A DNA stretch of 64,000 bases from NCBI GenBank assembly GCA_044892505.1, contig CM097884.1, forward strand, positions 106,144,001-106,208,000. The letters run 5' to 3'. Numbering within the stretch: position 1 is the first letter of the stretch; every line of letters begins with the position of its first letter. This document shows positions 60,359 through 64,000 of the stretch, in pieces. This DNA is from Schmidtea nova (Eukaryota). The position numbers and the translations under genes were made by a program. The notes beneath the pieces are model-generated. The model had not been told where the DNA came from. It did not search any database and was given only the letters and a program-made list of their open reading frames with translations.

Positions 60359-61380
60359 ATTTTTATATGATTCTACCTAGCAACAGTTGTCCAGATATAC
60401 ATCCAGATAATACTTCCAGTAATTTCATGGTCAATCTCCAAAATCCAATGTATTTGGACGGGATTTGGGAAGTCGCTCTCTTAGACTTTACATTTGTGTA
60501 TAATCCATTTCCATTTTACAGTAAATCAGAAATTCGGTACAAAAAGAAAACTTTACATACAAAATATAAAAATTTGATAATCAACAATCAATTTTGTGAA
60601 GTTGATATATCTAATCCTGCCGATGATATTGCTCAAATCAGTAGCGATAGACAATCTATTTATTTTACCTGTGATAATTTTCCCTTCACTATAACTTTTG
60701 ATACTTTGGCAATGGCAAAAAGAATGGGATTAACGAAACAGAGTATTGTAAGTCCTACAGATACATACAAGATACCGTTACCACATTATGGTATAGATGG
60801 TCCATTACTGGAAAAAATTAGAATAAAGATGGAGTACAAGGCTGATTCTGCATTTATACATACATTTACCGATAATTTATACATATCGAAACTGGATGAA
60901 ATGCAATCATATTTTATTCTAAATTGTGCAAGTATTTTTAAATCTCTGGAATTGGTAGATGATAGTTACTTCAAATTCAGTTTGAATGTAGATGTTAGCG
61001 AAATAACTTTTGACAATAACCTTGTAAAAACATTGGGATTAGCGAAAGCTACATATGCTCAAGACGGAAGCTTCACTGTTGGAATATATAAACCAAAAAT
61101 AATTAAACTTCATCAGCAAATGTTCATTTACAGTAATATAGTCAATCCTATAATTGTCGGTGATTCATTAGTTCCCATGTTGAAATCTGTATGGATTGAA
61201 AAATATGAACAGGATGAGGTTGTTCAAATACAAGTTGAAAATCCAATGTATTTATCTGTTTCAACATCTTGTATAAACAATATAGAAATAAATATCCGAG
61301 ATGATAGAGGTAATTTAATAAACTTTCCAAAAAATTCAAAAACTCATTTGACTCTACATTTTCGAAAACATCATGAGTAA
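60355..61380 (+). CDS. Minor capsid protein (penton, single jelly roll)
   Basis: MNFYMILPSNS...NFMVNLQNPMYLDGIWEVAL...YSNIV..IIVGD...INIRDDRG...LHFR signature; ATG overlaps the integrase stop (ATGA). Confidence 0.9.
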   Translation: MNFYMILPSNSCPDIHPDNTSSNFMVNLQNPMYLDGIWEVALLDFTFVYNPFPFYSKSEIRYKKKTLHTKYKNLIINNQFCEVDISNPADDIAQISSDRQSIYFTCDNFPFTITFDTLAMAKRMGLTKQSIVSPTDTYKIPLPHYGIDGPLLEKIRIKMEYKADSAFIHTFTDNLYISKLDEMQSYFILNCASIFKSLELVDDSYFKFSLNVDVSEITFDNNLVKTLGLAKATYAQDGSFTVGIYKPKIIKLHQQMFIYSNIVNPIIVGDSLVPMLKSVWIEKYEQDEVVQIQVENPMYLSVSTSCINNIEINIRDDRGNLINFPKNSKTHLTLHFRKHHE

Positions 61381-61738
61381 TCCCGATATAATTTCATTGT
61401 ACAGTAATAGTCAAACTGGTGGCGAATTACCGTATTTTATAGGTAAACAGTATGGATCAGGTTGGTTGAAAACTATTGGAAGATTTGCACTTCCACTACT
61501 TAAGCGACTGGGCAGTTTTGGAATGAAAACTGCTAAAGACGTTATAATGAAAGATCAGAAAATTTTGCCTACATTGAAAACGAATGCTATGGAGGCTGTA
61601 TCCAAGGCGATACCGTCAATTTCAAATATGTTTTCCAAAAACGAACCGCAACCTGAACCGGTAGGACCAAGACGTAAAAAGATTAGAAAACGTATAAACA
61701 AACGAATGAAAGGTCATGGAACTATATTTGAAGAATGA
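61373..61738 (+). CDS. Small virion/core-like precursor protein, 121 aa
   Basis: QTGGELPYFIGKQYGSGWLKTIGRFALPLLK, amphipathic segment and basic C-terminus. Confidence 0.82.
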   Translation: MSNPDIISLYSNSQTGGELPYFIGKQYGSGWLKTIGRFALPLLKRLGSFGMKTAKDVIMKDQKILPTLKTNAMEAVSKAIPSISNMFSKNEPQPEPVGPRRKKIRKRINKRMKGHGTIFEE

Positions 61739-62955
61739 TTTGCGGTAAATCTGAATTATGTCTTTTTGATCGACCATCACCTCAAGCAGTTATTGAATAT
61801 GGGGTGTTTGAAGATGTTTTTCCAATGAATTCTATTACAGATAGTAGAAATGATGTTGAATTTTACATTAATGGATCGGCAACCGAATATTTGGATTTGA
61901 ACGATACTTTATTATCCGTTACTGTCAAGGTTCTAGATAAAGATAAAAATAAATTAGTTGATGCGAGTGACGTAGTGCCTAATAATTACCTATTTCATAC
62001 TCTTTTCAAAGATGCGATTCTTGGATTTAATAATATAAAAATCGAGGGTGGAAACAATACATATGCACACAAGGCCATAATCGAAACTGTTTTAAATTAT
62101 ACTAGCGATACAAAAGAAACATGTCTTACTCCAATGGGATATGGTTCCGCTGACGATCGGAAAAAATGGATCAAGGGATCTAAACTTTTCAACATGTGTT
62201 CATCATTACAACTCGATTTTATGGATCAACCAAAATACTTACTTCCCGGAGTTAATGTACATATTAGATTGAAGAGATCTGAATCTTCATTATCATTGAA
62301 ATCTGCAGCTGGGAAACCTATAATCCAAATAGTTGATGCAAAATTAATGGTAAGAAGAGTTCGATGTGAATCTTCAGTTTTGGCCGGTCATCAAATTGGT
62401 TTAAATAGTAAACATGCAATTTATCCATTAAAATCTAAAGAAATCGTATCGTTTGCAATCGGTAAAGGGGCATCGTCATTTTACAAGGAGCAAATATTTG
62501 GAGATAGAAGAATGCCTAATTTCATTCTTGTGGCTTTTCAAACTGAAAATCAATATAATGGATCATATGCTGAATCTGCATCTACATTCAAACATTTCAA
62601 TGTGACTTCATTATCGTTATCGAAAAATACCGATTTTCGAGAAACTTATACTCAAGATTTTGAAAATGATAATTTTAGTGCCACATATATGCAAAGTCTT
62701 GTCCGAAATCTAGGATATTTGGATAAAAACTTGAATTGTGGTATAAGTCTGGATGAATTTAAAAGTAAATATCCATTCTTTACATTTGTGCTCGCTCCCG
62801 ATTTCGATTTGAATCAAAGCCAAATCCCTCAAAACGGGAATTTACGACTCGATATAAAGTTTGCAAAACCCATTGATGAACCGGTTCATGTAATTATATA
62901 TGGAGTTTTTGAAAATGAAGTACAAATTACTGCCAATCGAACAATACTAGTTTGA
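61735..62955 (+). CDS. Major capsid protein (double jelly roll, hexon-like), 406 aa
   Basis: KSELCLF..P..Q..IE, VEFYI, YLDLNDT, FMDQPKYLLPGV and GNLRLDIKFAKP signatures of Polinton MCPs. Confidence 0.92.
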   Translation: MICGKSELCLFDRPSPQAVIEYGVFEDVFPMNSITDSRNDVEFYINGSATEYLDLNDTLLSVTVKVLDKDKNKLVDASDVVPNNYLFHTLFKDAILGFNNIKIEGGNNTYAHKAIIETVLNYTSDTKETCLTPMGYGSADDRKKWIKGSKLFNMCSSLQLDFMDQPKYLLPGVNVHIRLKRSESSLSLKSAAGKPIIQIVDAKLMVRRVRCESSVLAGHQIGLNSKHAIYPLKSKEIVSFAIGKGASSFYKEQIFGDRRMPNFILVAFQTENQYNGSYAESASTFKHFNVTSLSLSKNTDFRETYTQDFENDNFSATYMQSLVRNLGYLDKNLNCGISLDEFKSKYPFFTFVLAPDFDLNQSQIPQNGNLRLDIKFAKPIDEPVHVIIYGVFENEVQITANRTILV

Positions 62956-63004
62956 GGTCTGCAAAAAAAAAACATTATTGGTTTAAACAGTATAAATGAC
63001 CAAA

Positions 63005-63036
<32 letters not shown>

Positions 63037-63040
63037 CATC

Positions 63041-63417
63041 ATGGAGTAAGATTTTTATTTGATTAGTTATTTATTTTAATTAGTTCTATTCAGGTATTAC
63101 ATCAAGGTAAAAAACTATTGGGAAATCAATTTATTGGAGTATTTCCTCTGGATAAAATACCTTATTTGAAAATGAATCAAGCCATCATTGTAAATACTCA
63201 GACATCTACGTTGGGCGGTGAACATTGGATTGCAGTTTACGTGAAACCAGATCGAATACATGTATTTGATCCATTTGGATATTATTATCCGAATTTACTT
63301 GTTCGAAAACTACAAACTATTGGTAAACCTATTGTGTATAATAGAATTCGATATCAGCATCCTTTAACAATCACTTGTGGTGAACATTGCCTTGCATGGT
63401 TGAAATCAATGTTATAA
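63041..63417 (+). CDS. Adenain-like cysteine protease; spliced (exons 63041-63045, 63084-63417)
   Basis: FIGVFPLD, IVNT, GEHWIA (His), FDPFG (Asp) and Q....TCGEHC (Cys); a 38-nt intron supplies the only nearby ATG. Confidence 0.9.
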
Positions 63418-63448
63418 ACAATTTATTTTAATATATTTTATTTGAAAA

Positions 63449-63850
63449 ATGTCTTGTTATTTTATCGATTTTTATGGTTATAATGAAATGGGTGGAACAA
63501 CAATTAAGGAATTATGTATAATGAATGTTAATAATATTTTCACACCCCAGTATTATATATACAGTGATTTATCTTTCTGGCCTGATCGTATAGAATCGTT
63601 TGAAGGACAAGATTATTTTTGCCCAAAATGTATAATGGATGATATCACAGATAAAGGAGCTATTTTCTATGTTACCGATAATGAAAAGATGTATGTTTTG
63701 AAGAAGTATTTCCCGAAATTAAGATTAATCAAGTATACTTATAAAGAAGTTGAATATGTTCCTGAAAACATTTCATGTCCCTATAAAGACCATTGTATGT
63801 GTGCCTATAAAGGGTGCTTGTCTGCTGTTGTAGATTATTTAAAGCAATAA
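63449..63850 (+). CDS. DEDD/Maelstrom-like accessory protein, 133 aa
   Basis: IDFYG...IKELCIM and CPYKDHCMCA; homolog in copy 1. Confidence 0.78.
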   Translation: MSCYFIDFYGYNEMGGTTIKELCIMNVNNIFTPQYYIYSDLSFWPDRIESFEGQDYFCPKCIMDDITDKGAIFYVTDNEKMYVLKKYFPKLRLIKYTYKEVEYVPENISCPYKDHCMCAYKGCLSAVVDYLKQ

Positions 63851-64000
63851 ATGTATAATGTGATTTTATTATTTTTTATTATTATTTTTATAAAATATTA
63901 TTAATTTTATTATTATTTTTATAAAATATTATTATTTTTATTATTATTAATATTAAATATTATTATTTTAATCATAAAGACATGACCAGTGCGTGATCAG

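Larger units (their letters stand above)
53932..64000 (+). mobile_element. Polinton/Maverick (adintovirus-like) copy 2, apparently intact, continues beyond window; pPolB not seen in window
   Basis: Start at AGTAGG is inferred from the shared terminal motif. Open reading frames for ATPase, integrase, penton, MCP, protease and accessory genes. Confidence 0.9.

Overview
AT-rich eukaryotic (metazoan) genomic window with assembly gaps. The very short introns (36-52 nt) and transposon content are compatible with a planarian flatworm, but this is inference only. The first 14.4 kb holds five exons of a filamin gene whose introns are filled with transposons: an LTR remnant, an intact mariner, a hAT and MITEs. 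The rest is a nested transposon pile dominated by Polinton/Maverick (adintovirus-like) endogenous DNA viruses. (1) A decayed full-length copy with terminal inverted repeats (23094-49439) sits in the gag gene of a Ty3/gypsy element. (2) A second, apparently intact copy starts at about 53932 and runs off the window end; it carries ATPase, integrase, penton, major capsid, protease and core-like genes. (3) Two orphan termini of the same type end at 11184 and 42968. The most unusual features, seen in both diverged copies, are a virus-encoded TATA-binding-protein (TBP)-like gene and three position-conserved spliceosomal micro-introns (integrase, protease, an acidic ORF). Both copies also carry a DEDD/Maelstrom-like ORF. 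The intact copy has in addition a TNF-receptor-like membrane glycoprotein and a terminal cluster of perfect EGR, E2F and AP-1 consensus sites. No database searches could be run, so novelty statements are provisional.
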